Below, in pieces: positions 1 through 12,700 of a DNA stretch of 64,000 nt. How positions within the stretch are numbered: position 1 is the stretch's first letter; each line of letters begins with the position of its first letter. The notes under the pieces are model-generated. The model was not told the origin of the DNA. It searched no databases and worked only from the letters and a program-made list of their open reading frames with translations. Source of the stretch: Antedon mediterranea (taxonomy: Eukaryota > Animalia > Echinodermata); NCBI RefSeq assembly GCF_964355755.1, contig NC_092674.1:20832001-20896000 (forward strand). Reading direction: 5' to 3'. The position numbers were made by a program, and so were the translations under genes.

Positions 1-68
1 TACTAAGTACATTGAGAACACTTGCAGAACAAATTTAAATTGGCAAAGTGTTCTCAATGTACTTCGTA
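1..68. repeat. Near-perfect hairpin/palindrome (probable MITE core, cut by the window edge)
   Basis: AAGTACATTGAGAACACTT (5-23) is the reverse complement of AAGTGTTCTCAATGTACTT (46-64). Confidence 0.6.
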
Positions 69-779
69 TAGAAATTACATCAGAGTAGGCCAAAACTTCT
101 GACCAATTATAATGTACAACCAATTTACAGTATTAATACTATTTTTTTTTTTAAATATTGGTCTATTGTTTTTATTTATTTACAATTTTTAAACTATTAA
201 ATATTGTATGTACAGTATAACATTGAGGAATGGCAAATTCTGCTATGACTTTAAATGTACATGTACTGCATATAAACACATTGTTAGGTAGTAGTAGAGT
301 AATTGTGGGTTTCAACTATTACATTTTCGCGAAGCTTTCACATTCCATTTTTATTTTACCTTTCTTTTAAAATGTTCAATAAATGGAAGATTAAATTAAA
401 CTTTTTAATATTTATTATTAATATTTTTCCATTTTCAGTGCACTTTTGTCAAAATAAATTATAAATACAAAGTTCAGCAAAATACAATAATAGTTGAATA
501 TGTCTAATATTAGAAATATTTAAATATCGGTCAATTTTCAATACTTTGGTTGCTTCAGTTAAAAGTACGAGAGGATATTATTTGTTAAAATACTAAAATA
601 TTTGCTTTTATTTAAATTTGTTCACTTTCAACCAACCTCTTCTGTAAGTTTTTAATATTTACAAAGTAAAAGTTATGTATGAGTCATGAAGACCTGAAGA
701 TAGCAAAATTTCTGATTCTGAAGTTACATTTTTAGGTATTTGTGTCTAATATTTGTATTTTATTTTGACTGCAACATTA

Positions 780-2100
780 CAGCTTTGTGATGTACTGTTA
801 TCAACATTTCTACTCACCTCGATACAATATATTTTGTTGTTTCCCTCGTTTGTTTTTTTTTATTTCTTGTTTCTTTTGTTGTCAAATCCCATATTTCCAT
901 TTCATTTTTTCAAATTATACATCATTTTTTATTCTTTTCGGTAATGTCCATATTTTAGGTAGGCTTCTGAAATCTTGTAGCATATAATTCAGAGTACATG
1001 GACAATGTTTCTTTTTCACCTTTTATATATTTTGCTTGCTGACGTCCATATTTTTTCAAAATTTATTGCAGGTTTTACTTCAATTTCTACAGTTTTGTGG
1101 AATATATTTTTACTGATGATTGTACACAAATTCAGTTTATATTTCAGTATTTCATTAATACAACCACCTGATATTTAACTACAAAGCATTTTTATACTTA
1201 GACTTGTACACAATCAATATTGTTGTTAAGCTGCCTTTCATTATGGACACTTGCTTTTTTCTTTCATCGTTTATTTACTGTAATTTGCTTGCTTGAAGTA
1301 TATATTTCAGTATATTTTTACACAAACACTGTAACCACCTACAAAGTTTGTTATGGTTAGTTTGCATCGCTGTTTGTCATAGAAAATATGATCTACAGTA
1401 GGTTTAAGAGTCTTTCATCCAACAATCATAGACTCTATATTATTTTTACTTTTATTTCAATCTTTATCATGTTTTTGAAATTGCTTGCTTACATCCAATT
1501 ATTGATTGCCGGTTTTACAGTGTTGTATATGCAATATTTTTTTTTTTATGCATTGATTTATGAAACATTTTACAAGTAACTCATGATTGTAAACAAATTA
1601 TTACATTATACAACCACCTGTAGCTACCCACATTCGTAAACAATTGGTATTGTTGCTCAGCAGTCATACATTATATGGATACTATTCCATTTCCTTTATC
1701 TGTTTTAAAAATATAATTTGCTTCCTCTCTTGACGTCCATGTTCTCAAAATCTAATGAAGGTTTTACAGTGTTGTATACTCATTCGTCTTTCTTTTCTCG
1801 ACATTGATTTGTGAAATATTTTACCAACCTACTCATGATTGTAAACAAATTAAGTTTACCAAAATAAACATATGGTACAGTATTTCAGTATTCATTTAAT
1901 ACTTGAATCAACTGTAAAATGCAACCAACTACAACGTTTGCAATGGTTAGTTGCTAGTACACAGTTGGTATTGTTGATTAGTAATCATTTGTAATCAAGG
2001 GTCATTTGAAAGTCTTTCCACCAGAAATCATAGGCTCAGTATTATTTTTACTTTTTCTGAGGAAAAAGTAAAAATTTGCTCGCTGACATCCAATCAATTT
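780..2100. repeat. Degenerate direct repeats of several hundred bp
   Basis: Recurring blocks TTGCTTGCTGACGTCCAT-like (~1033, 1483, 1720, 2076), TGATTGTAAACAAATTA (~1585, 1836) and ACAACCACCTG (~1159, 1610). Confidence 0.5.
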
Positions 2101-2513
2101 TTTAAAGAACAACCGAAACGTTGAGACATTCTTAACCATATTTTATTTCCTTTTGGAAACACATTTTGTACAAACTAACTTTTCTACCATTTGTATTGTT
2201 TAACCGTTCATAGGAGAAATATGGTTTCTCATCCAGCAATATTTACAAATTTTACATTTGCATGGGATTAATTTTAATCACATTTTGATGACCTAAGTTG
2301 TTCATCATAAGCCAGTCACCACAAAGAGTGTTTATCATTTTTTGGTTATTTAAAAAAAATGTCTCTTTCTGTCATTGTTCAACAACCTATCCGTCCGGGT
2401 GTGCTTCATTCATTTCCATTTCAATATTTCTTTTTTCTACATCACATCTTTAACGCAGAAAGTTATTCTATCCGAGATATGGCAATCAAATGTGATAAAC
2501 ATAGTGAATGTTA

Positions 2514-2793
2514 CTGTAAAACTAGAAAATCAATTTGACTATTTTTAATTAATCGGAATACTTGCACATCGCACTGGAATATATACTTTGTAAAAGAAGC
2601 AGATGTCTTAAATATTCATTAGACATGAGCTTAGTATTTCGAGAGTAAAATTAAAACCACATTTTCAAAAACTTCAAATGTCTAGTATTCTCGATAGCAG
2701 ATCTAATTTACTTTTGTTTTGTTAGCTTTTATTACTTTCTAAAAATTCTATTACGCTCCGCATTCGGCATACCTTTTGTTTCTAGTTTTACAG
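2514..2793. mobile_element. Tc1/mariner-type MITE
   Basis: TIR CTGTAAAACTAGAAA / TTTCTAGTTTTACAG flanked by TA on both sides. Confidence 0.65.
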
Positions 2794-3761
2794 TACTGCG
2801 ATGTATTTGATTAATGTTTCAAATAATTGATAGAATAAATAAAGAATTATTGTACAATTTATAACATACAAAGGAGTTTTTTTTTAATGTTCAATTCTAA
2901 TTGTTGATGGATTCAGGTTACACACTAGATTTTTATACATTTTTCTATTACATATTAGACGATTACACAATAAAAGAAATTTGAATAAAACGGATAGTTG
3001 CTAACAAACATTCTTAACTTGTTAAGCCAATCAGAAAGATTATTTACAAAATATGAGATTGACAGATTAAAAATGGTTTTAAATGAATGTACTGTAGTTG
3101 TACAGTGATTTTTCTTCAAAATGGTTTGTTTTTTGTTGAGCCATGTAAAAATAAACAAAAATGGATGACCTAATAACAAGTTTTCATGGCAATTAAAAAG
3201 AGAATTTTTATATAAAATAACATTTTGCATAAATAAATTGATTTTACAATAGACAATTATCCGCATGTACTTTTAATGTTTCGTTTATAATTATTCAACA
3301 ATGTTTTGTTTGTGCAAAATAATCTTGCTTGTAAGCAAGTTGTAAAGTAAAAGTAGGTTTTGTTAAGCAAAACAAAAATGAATCCCTTTTAAAAACATTT
3401 CATGTATATTATTACCTCACATATTTACTAGTACAATTTATTTACAAAAAAATAAAAATGGTTTGCTAAGAATACTAAAACAATAACATGTTGATAGCAT
3501 TAAAAAGTTAATGTATGCAGACATTTACAAAGTTTTACAAAAAAGAAGTTTATCTCATAGATAATGTTTGAAGATTGTATTTTCGCTCAGTTAATTTGTT
3601 TCTCCATTCTCATCGACATCAGTGACTTTGAACTTTGACCTCATTTGTTTGCTTCTTTTAATGATAAAATCACTGTTAAAACACAATTTAAGGTAATTTG
3701 TTCATTCAACATGCTAACACAGTAGCATTGTATTATTTTTCATGTTTCCAAGTGCAATTAT

Positions 3762-6700
3762 TTAATAACGTTCATAGCCCCGTGTAGCTTGTGGGGCTCT
3801 CCTAGGGACGCCACGTGATGCTTCAGCACCAGCGGCGAATGGGTCGCGAGATCCATAATCCATGCGAGGGCGCTCTGCACGGGCTTCAGCGTACGCATCG
3901 CGAGGTGCAGTATAACTGGCGTTTGGTCTTCCACGTGCTTGGGTACCTGGTTATAGAAATTACATGGGGAAAAAATAAAATTATATTGAACAAACTCTTG
4001 TTAACTGGTTGGATTAGAAGTTGTTATCCTTTCCATTAATGTGGATAGTGGAAACAGCTATTTGATGGAATATTATTCGCAACAAGATTTTCCTTAAAAA
4101 AACAGTTGCCGCTTCTTATACAAGAAGTATTGTGGTAACGATTTCGACATTAAATTACATTTTTATAGTTAATGAACAAAGTACTGCAGAAAAACTGACG
4201 AATATTGTACAGTATTTTTGCGACTTGTGGCTGTGATCATGCAATCATTATTACATACCGATCTCATATGTAAATGGCTGATAATCAACCTTTACAACAA
4301 ATAAGATAGTTATAAACAATATGAACAATATAATTTTTGTTAGTGTATGGTGAAAACATGTTGGGAACTGTCGGACACTGTATACATTTTTTTTTAAATT
4401 TAATGCGTTTTAGTTCATCTATTATTTATTAAATTCATCATGTCATGTAAAAGTTTCATGTTTTTTTATTTATATTTTATAATCTCACAATGCACTTTGT
4501 ATTAACTGTATACAAACTGAATAGTAAAATCCCACCAATTTATGTTAAAAATGTATTCAAATTGATTTTTCTAATGCAGAGCTTTAACAAGTTGAACAAA
4601 TATGCTAGACCATGGTTTAGTTGAACTTCTTACAATAAGTTCTAGCACAGAATCTATTTTACTAGACATATTTTCATAAAGTACTGCTCGAGTTTAAGGG
4701 ATGTATTTTATTGTATACAACAATTTTCTATTTCATACTTTTCAGAGAAAAAAAAAATAGATATTACAATTGTTAAAGAATTGTCTTAGTAGTGTAAATC
4801 ATAGTTTGGTACATTTATATATAAATTTTTATTAATTTTTTTTTTGCGTGTGTAACATTTTTTTGCATTAAAAAATGCTTTGAAAATTCTTTGTTTTTTT
4901 TGTCCGATATTCATATTTTAAAAAGAAAAATTTACCGTATTCCTTTGACGTAGCTGCTTCGGCGTATGGATCCATGTAAGCTGGCCGGGCTGGGCGTGCT
5001 GGTGCTGGACGCGATTCTGTAATAAAGATTTCAATTATACTAACATCCTTTTGCCAAATATATTAATAGCAATGCTTAAATAATTGAGAGTAGTAAACAC
5101 ACTTAAAATATAAAAGGATGCAATTGTAGATTAATAACGTATTGTAAGCATATTTTGAAATCTGTGAATTATTATAGTGTTAATGTTACAGTCAGCAATT
5201 GCCACCTTGACCTTTGTGGACAATGTGATGATATGGGTTAGTAGTATGAACAATTATCTATCTATTGAACTGTGAAAACAATACAATTGTGTGAGGTGAA
5301 AGCCAGTTACTAGTGTTAGTTACTAAGGACAATCAAGAAACATCATTATGGAACTTTTGCACTTCTTATTATTTGTGCCTATTGTTTTCATTGCTTCATA
5401 TCCTCAACAGAAGGCGTTTGAATAAAAGGAATTGTTCCTTTTGTTGTTGAAACACAATGCAAAGAATCTTAGGCTGATTTTGTCTCAAAGATCAGCAATA
5501 AAATAAGCAATATTTTGGTACCAATGTCCTTTAATATAAACATTCAAGTATTTGTTCATGAAATTGTATGCATTTTAACTTTTTATATGAATTCTTTTGT
5601 ATCTTTATGTTTGAAATGTTGTTTGTATATTTTGTATTGTTTTTGGGAGGTCAGCTGTACTGCTGTAGTACAGCTGATAGAGCTACTCTTGTAAAACAAA
5701 GTTGGATAAATAATGTAACATATTATTAATTACTATTAGCACATCAAATTAATGAATATGTCAACTTTACTTTTCAGTCTTTTCATACTGTTATGGTATA
5801 CAACAATGTAGAAATGATAAACAATTTTGTCTTTCCAAAATGAACTTTCAATTTGATTTATGTTACCTGCAGGGTATTCACGGTTATACGTTGATGCATT
5901 TCTGTCATACTCTTCATATCCAGCAGCGGCAGTACCGTATCCTCGTGCTGCAACTTGGGGTTCACGTCGGGCAGGATACGCTGCTCTTTCTGGAACTGCC
6001 TCATTGTATCCTGGACGTGAAGCATATGGGTCCCTAAAATTATGAAAAAAAATATATTTAACAGCAAGATAGAAAGCAAACAGTGATAAACTGGAAATTA
6101 ATTTACTCATAACAGCATAGATGAAGAAATCTGAGAATTGAGAAAGACACAACCCAACCTACATTCCAAATAAAAATCTTTGCTTATTATGATACATTCG
6201 CAGTATGATTAAAATCTGATTCCATGGTGACTCTTTAATATGATATGGTATGGCAGAACAGATTAAATCGATAACCTGCCACATCGTATGTTAAAAGATA
6301 TTAATTTGGGATCTTCAAAGATCATAAAGAACATAAATTTTTAAGTCATAGGAGTTATTGTTAAAAGTGCAATAAATTTGTTAATGGAAAGCTCATTTAA
6401 AAGAGTTATTTATTTAAACAAAAACAAACAAAAGACAGCTGCCATAGATCTTGGTTTTAACTTTAAATAAAATATGTACCTTTCACGTGGCGGATAATCA
6501 CGGTGTGCTTCCCTAGCAACCGGATAACTTCTGGCTACTGCAGGCTCTCGTGGCCTATCACGAGTGGCTGCAACATCAGCTCGAGCATCTCCGTAATCAT
6601 ACCTAGGTGGAGCACGGCCTATAATAAAAACATCAAAACATTAACTTTATTTATTGAAAAAAAATTAAATTATCTTTATTACTCAATTGTTTTTTCAACT

Positions 6701-9700
6701 TGGATGTTCTAAATTTAAATTGTGTAAATTTCTTAGTCTATTATGCAATGTATTCTTTGCATTCGTATCAGTATTTTAAATTCCTCTTACACCCTTAAAA
6801 CACTAACCTAAAACTGAATCTCGAGGAGGTGCTGGATCTCGTACGAGAGGCTCACGAGCTGGAGGTTCAGCCCGACTTTCTCCATACTCTCTGGCAGAAG
6901 GGCGTCCTATGCAAAAAGAGTATTCATAAATATTAAAATAGCAAAAACACTAAGAGTATACCCAGATTCACACATTTATATGTTGTCACATGGGTTGTAT
7001 GGCAACACAATGGAACTAATAAGGAGCTTTTGTTTTCACAATGCGCCATGCAGCTGTCAGTGTAAAAAATGTCCTGACTTTTGTACTCGATTGCTGCATA
7101 GGCTTGCTGCATCATGGAAACAAAAGCTCTTTAATAATAGGGGTGTGAACTCATAGAAAATGTGTATATACAGGCCTCGCAGAATCATGGATTTTTTTTT
7201 CCCCCAAGGCAAACTACTGTTGTACTCTATAACCGATGCAAAAACTTGTTGTAATTTTACTTTTTATTTTACCCTTTTTAATTTTTAGTTATAGTAATAA
7301 AGGACAACTGATTCTGCGAGCTCAGTGTTGATAAATCTCTATTTTATTTCATGTGATTTGCAATACTATAATAAAATGGATTAAAAATCACTGAAACGAC
7401 TGGAAACTGACACTCCTGTAACAACCTAAAAACATTTTACAACTACAGTACAACTCTGTGTTTTTGTCACAACATGCCTTGCATGTATTCAACAAATTCA
7501 GTTTTTTATCCTGCCAAAATGTAATGTACATTTCTCACCATATAAATGTTTAGCAGGCCTTTCTGCAAGATATTCAGGAGCTCTGCTGTGTGTTCCTAAA
7601 AAAGCCAATTAATTTGATAATTATCAGGGAACATGTTCGTTTTTGATTGGCCAATAATTGCCAATCATTCTCAAACCGTTTGCATTATCTTGTCTGCTCT
7701 ACAGTACTGCATTTACATAGGAATAAGATTTTTTAAAGTTGTCAAATTGAAAGTGGCATCTAAATGACTCAGAAATGATGTGATTAGGACAAATTATAAA
7801 TAACTGATTAACAACAAATGACATTGTAATGGATAGGGTATTGCTTTCGTCTGCTCCTGTTCTGTAGGTAAATGTACAACATTAACTACACTGGACATTA
7901 ATAATCATGCATTAGAAGAGAACATTTGCCCCTACCATAGCCATTTTCCTCTTGACCGTATCCACCTCTTGCTGGTGGGTAATCATCTACAGCTTGAGCT
8001 GGGTAGGATTCTAAATAAACCAATAACATAAATCACAGTTTGATAACATTTTTTTTTTCATTTTTTTTAAGTTGCAAAATTAAATAGAAACAAAAAATTA
8101 AATAGGAAAAAATGTATTACAAAACAAATTTACCTGGTCTGCTTCGCTTTACTGGCGGGCCATAATCTTCTTCTTCATAGTGATGAGGAGTAGATAAAAG
8201 ACCTGCAAAAAAATAACCAGTTTTATAACTACTTCTTTCCCATTTGATTGGTTTATTTTGTTTCACACTACTTGCAAGTTTGTTCCTTCCACGGCGCTAT
8301 AGGATGTTTGCAATGTCACAACGTCGGTTGTTTTTCTTTTCTCGTGACAGATTATTTAGAGTGTTAGGTTCATATAATTGTGGGTTAATTTTCTAGAAAT
8401 TCCTTAAAAAGAAAATAATTATGTTTGTGCATTATGCAATTTTAACCTGTTGGAAAAAAATTATAACATGGTTAACTCATTTTCTTCAGTATTTTTACAA
8501 AGTATAGATTTTTAAATAATTTATGTCAATAAAGGTATACATGAATGCTTACCTCTTTCTCCTCCTCCTCCTCCTAGTCGTTGAGCTGGTTGATAACTTT
8601 CTTCATATTCACCACCTCGTCCTCCCATTTCATGTTCAAGATGGAGAAGACTTCTTGGACCATTAGCTCGTGATGGTCCACCTCTTCCTCGCATCATCAT
8701 TGGTCGTCCATTGCCTAAAAGACCTCCTCTGCCTCTTGGGCCACCTCGTCCACCTGGTCCACCTCTACCACCTGGCCCGCTTCTACCACCACGCGGGGGT
8801 GGTCCACCACGGGAGCCAAAACCACCGCGTGACAATGGCCCACCTCGAGATGGAGCTCCACGCGAGGGTCCACTATAAGGTGGTCCACCTCTATGTGGGC
8901 CACTCATGCCCCGTCTCATCAGTGGGGGAGCACCTCTACCACCACTAGTGAAAACAAAATATGTCTTGTATTTCAACAATTTACAATTTAATTCCAAAAA
9001 AATAATTACTAATGTTTTGTGTGGAATTAAAATTGGATTTAAAATTTTAAATTCAAATATAGATTGTAAAGAACCTCGTTCTACAACAGTTAGAAATCAA
9101 ATTTAGTGATTGATAATGAAAATGAATTCAATTTCCCTAGAGATACTGTAAACCCTAACAAATTCCTTGTCAGTTTTCTTAGGTAAAAATACAAAATAGT
9201 ACTGTACTTTAGAATTTGATATTAAATACTTACAATCCACCTCTTGGTCCCCCTCTGCCCATTGGTCCACCACGTTGTCCCCTTCCTCTACCTCTGCTAG
9301 TATTATCGAGAGAATGAAGTGCTTTCAATGCACTGTCAACTTTTAATGGCTTTCCATCTAAAACCTGAAAAGTATGAAATTTTAATAGTGAATAAACAAA
9401 GAATCAGTAACTACTGTATGGCTCTTAAAAAGAAGACTGACATTTGCAGGAGACTGTCTTCGCGCAATAACGACAAAATTATTTCCGATGTTCTGCTGTG
9501 GCACCCAAAACATGGGCTTGCAAAACAAGGAAGACCAACACTTACATACATCGATGTACTAGAGACAGATACGTATAAATAAAACATGGCAATTAAATAA
9601 CATACGCAAAATTGTTTTTATAACTCATGTGTCTATCTTATTTGTGTTGTGTTCGGGTAGAGGCTATAAAATCAGGTAGGAATATAAAATATCCTCCCTT

Positions 9701-12700
9701 TTTACCAAGACAAAATGGATGAAATGATAAAGAAGAATGAAAAAGTTAGAAAATTTGATATTTAGAATGATAGCATGGAATGATATATTTAATGAAAACC
9801 GTAAGGTTAGAGTCCATACACTGTGTGAAAGTCCAATTATGCTGTTTGGCTCTGTGTGTATGTGAGACGCTTCATACCCGATGTCATCATATTATTATAT
9901 ACCTATATATATATATATAACTATATACAATTTGTATTTGCAAGATAAAAATATTATGTCTTTTAAATGTCATTGTCATCTGTGTAATTCTTTTATTTTG
10001 CTTCTTATGAGTCACTGTCCGAAGATTCATTGTCTTGGATGACTGGAGTGTATTTCCACATCTCTTGAACTTCACGCGGCAGAGGTTTTGACTGTGGAGT
10101 TTTTAGAGAAATGCTGCTGATAACAATATCCCCTGTCACCATCAAACGATGAAATACATCACTCATGTTCTCGACTCGTGACGTTTTCCTTGCATGTTTT
10201 CGTCGATAGACTTTATTGTCTTTGTTCCTTGCTTCTTGAGCCTCTTCGCTTATCATACCTATCGGTAATCTGGGGCGGATCCAGAAAATTTTGAGAGGGG
10301 GGGTCCGCCGATAAAAAGGGCACATCAGATATTGAGTATTTGAGCCACAGCCCCCCCATGGTGGGGGTTGTGGCGAAGCGAATTTTGTTACAGGACACAC
10401 TTAGATGGCCGGAAATGGCACTCTCGCACGCAAAATCCATGATAAATGGCACCTTTCTAGTTCGCCGGAAATGACACTTTATTAGCAGGGATAACGATGC
10501 AAAATTAAAAGTTGTTATTTTTCAACCAATTTAAACATTATCTGTTGGTATTTTGTTTCAATATTCCAATAAAGAAAGAATTACGAAAATCTGACTTGTA
10601 GTTTTCGAAATATAGGGTCTAAAACATTGCCGAAAATGATCGTTTTTAGCCACGAACGTTGTAAACAAATTGCGCCATTTTTCGCTAAAATAATTACATA
10701 TAATTACGTTTTATAGTAATTTCTTTTATATATCAACATTGGAAATATCAATAAAATATGTTATTAAATGTTTATAAAATATATAGAGTTGTTTATTTAA
10801 CGGAATTCGTACAAATTCATTGCTCTAAATTTGTGTAGAGTACCGTTCAGTACAGAGAGATCACGTGACTTCTTGGTACACGCGCGCGAGAGAAAACATT
10901 CCGCTGTGGGTGATTCGCGTCCACCAATCCAAAATAGCCAGAATCCAAAATCTTTCAACCGTGAGCTCTGCCAATCGCGGGAAAGCTCAGCTTTGATTGG
11001 CTTACGATGACATCATATCACAAAATGGTGGTTTTGTAGTTGAGCCTCACGTAATTTTCACAAATATTGTTTCAAAAATGAAATAAATGAACCTTCTTTA
11101 TGGTATGTGTGATTTTTCTTTAAAATATTTGAATAATAAAGGCTTCATGTCGAGAAAAAAACATTTTTTTGGCACTTATAATAAATATTTCTCAGAGAAA
11201 AAAGCACATGGCTTGTAGAACTATATTATCTTGGCGTAGGAAGACAAACAAATCCCAGGTCATGAGAGGCTCAACTATAAAAACAAGGTTGAATAGTATA
11301 GAAGTGTAAGGACCGTTCGATGATTTTTGAGTAAACAATCTACCGTGTATCATGGTCGTACGCGGTAGATAGTACGATATTTTAACTACATTTTTTACAT
11401 GTTTGGTTGGATGTAATGGAAATAAAAAATAGTTGATCTGATGGAATGATATGTAAATAAACAAATACTCAAAAGAATTATGTTTACAGTTCAATTATTT
11501 TCAGAATAATAATACATAAAAATGTGTTTACCAATGGACAAATATCGCGTCAATGACAGAGCGCGCATGGTAACGTACGCGGAGTTGAATCGTAAAAAGT
11601 TTACATGCGCCCTCTGTAGTATGCGAAACGATCTATTTTTAGAAGTTTAAGTAGAGATCATCACGCATCACCACCTCTCACAATGCTCTTTGATCGGCCG
11701 CCGTAACTTAACATCGCGCTCATTGTGATAAATTTCTGTTTTTATTTTTGGGGTTAGTGTAGCTTACTCTGTGCATACTACTGTAATATACACACAAATA
11801 TGTCACACGAATAAAATATTGAACCTCTAAAAAAAGGGCACCCTTAAAATTTAGGGGGGGTCTGGACCCCGTGGACCCCCCCTCTGGATCCGCCCCAGGT
11901 AATACAGAACTCGAAATGATTGATGAACCATGAACTAGGAGAACATGTACACTCACTGGCATTTTATACCATGGATAGAGTTGTAATATAACTCTGCTGT
12001 TTTTCGGCAGTATTCACCAAATTGTAAAGGGTCTAAACACGATTTGCATGATATTGCTACTAAAATAATATGGATTCTGTGTACTAGGTTTACATCCAAC
12101 CCGCAAATTTCAGCGAAAGTCTCCTTTTCCTGGAAAGCTCTGCGAGCTGTGTTGCCATCGTTTGAATTTCCTGAACCTTGTTTAGGTTCATCTACTTTCA
12201 GTCCCATCTCTTCTTTAAACCGATCGTGTATTTTTTTCTTCATATCGGCATCGATAGCTTTTTCACTATTATCAGACGAAATACGCCACTTTTTTACTGG
12301 CATTCTGTACCCAATATGAATTAGCATTTCGAAGCACCTAATCCATTTGTGTAGTGGCGAGAGCCCATAGCTGTAGGCTTCTTCACTTGACGATGGGAGT
12401 TTATCCAAATCATTAAACTGTTTTGGAGTAGCTCCACATATATAACATCGCATTGATGACTTGGTTTCAGTCAAAGCATTCACAACCTTTTGGTCAACCA
12501 TGGTGAATTGTAAATTGTAGTGTATTTGGATGTTGTCTTTTCTGTTTTCATTTGCAGCCAGTTCATAGTTAATATCCAATAATATTTTCGTTGGTTGCAG
12601 CTTTTTTATCTCATCTTGAACATACTCATTCTCTTCCTGTGAGAGTTGAGTCGTTTCTTTCTTGAATTGCAGGTGTATAGGTCGGCAAAATCGCGAGGAA

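Noticed and set aside
753-3266. Short F/L/I-rich ORFs as membrane proteins
   Set aside because: Compositional artefacts of T-rich non-coding DNA; no motifs or splice support.
5190-5350. C/D snoRNA (SNORD61-like) in an RBMX intron
   Set aside because: Only an imperfect C box and a distant CTGA, with no terminal stem or recognisable rRNA guide.
9819-9825. CACTGTG as the second Transib end
   Set aside because: Same orientation as the 14404-14410 heptamer rather than inverted, and no flanking TIR similarity.
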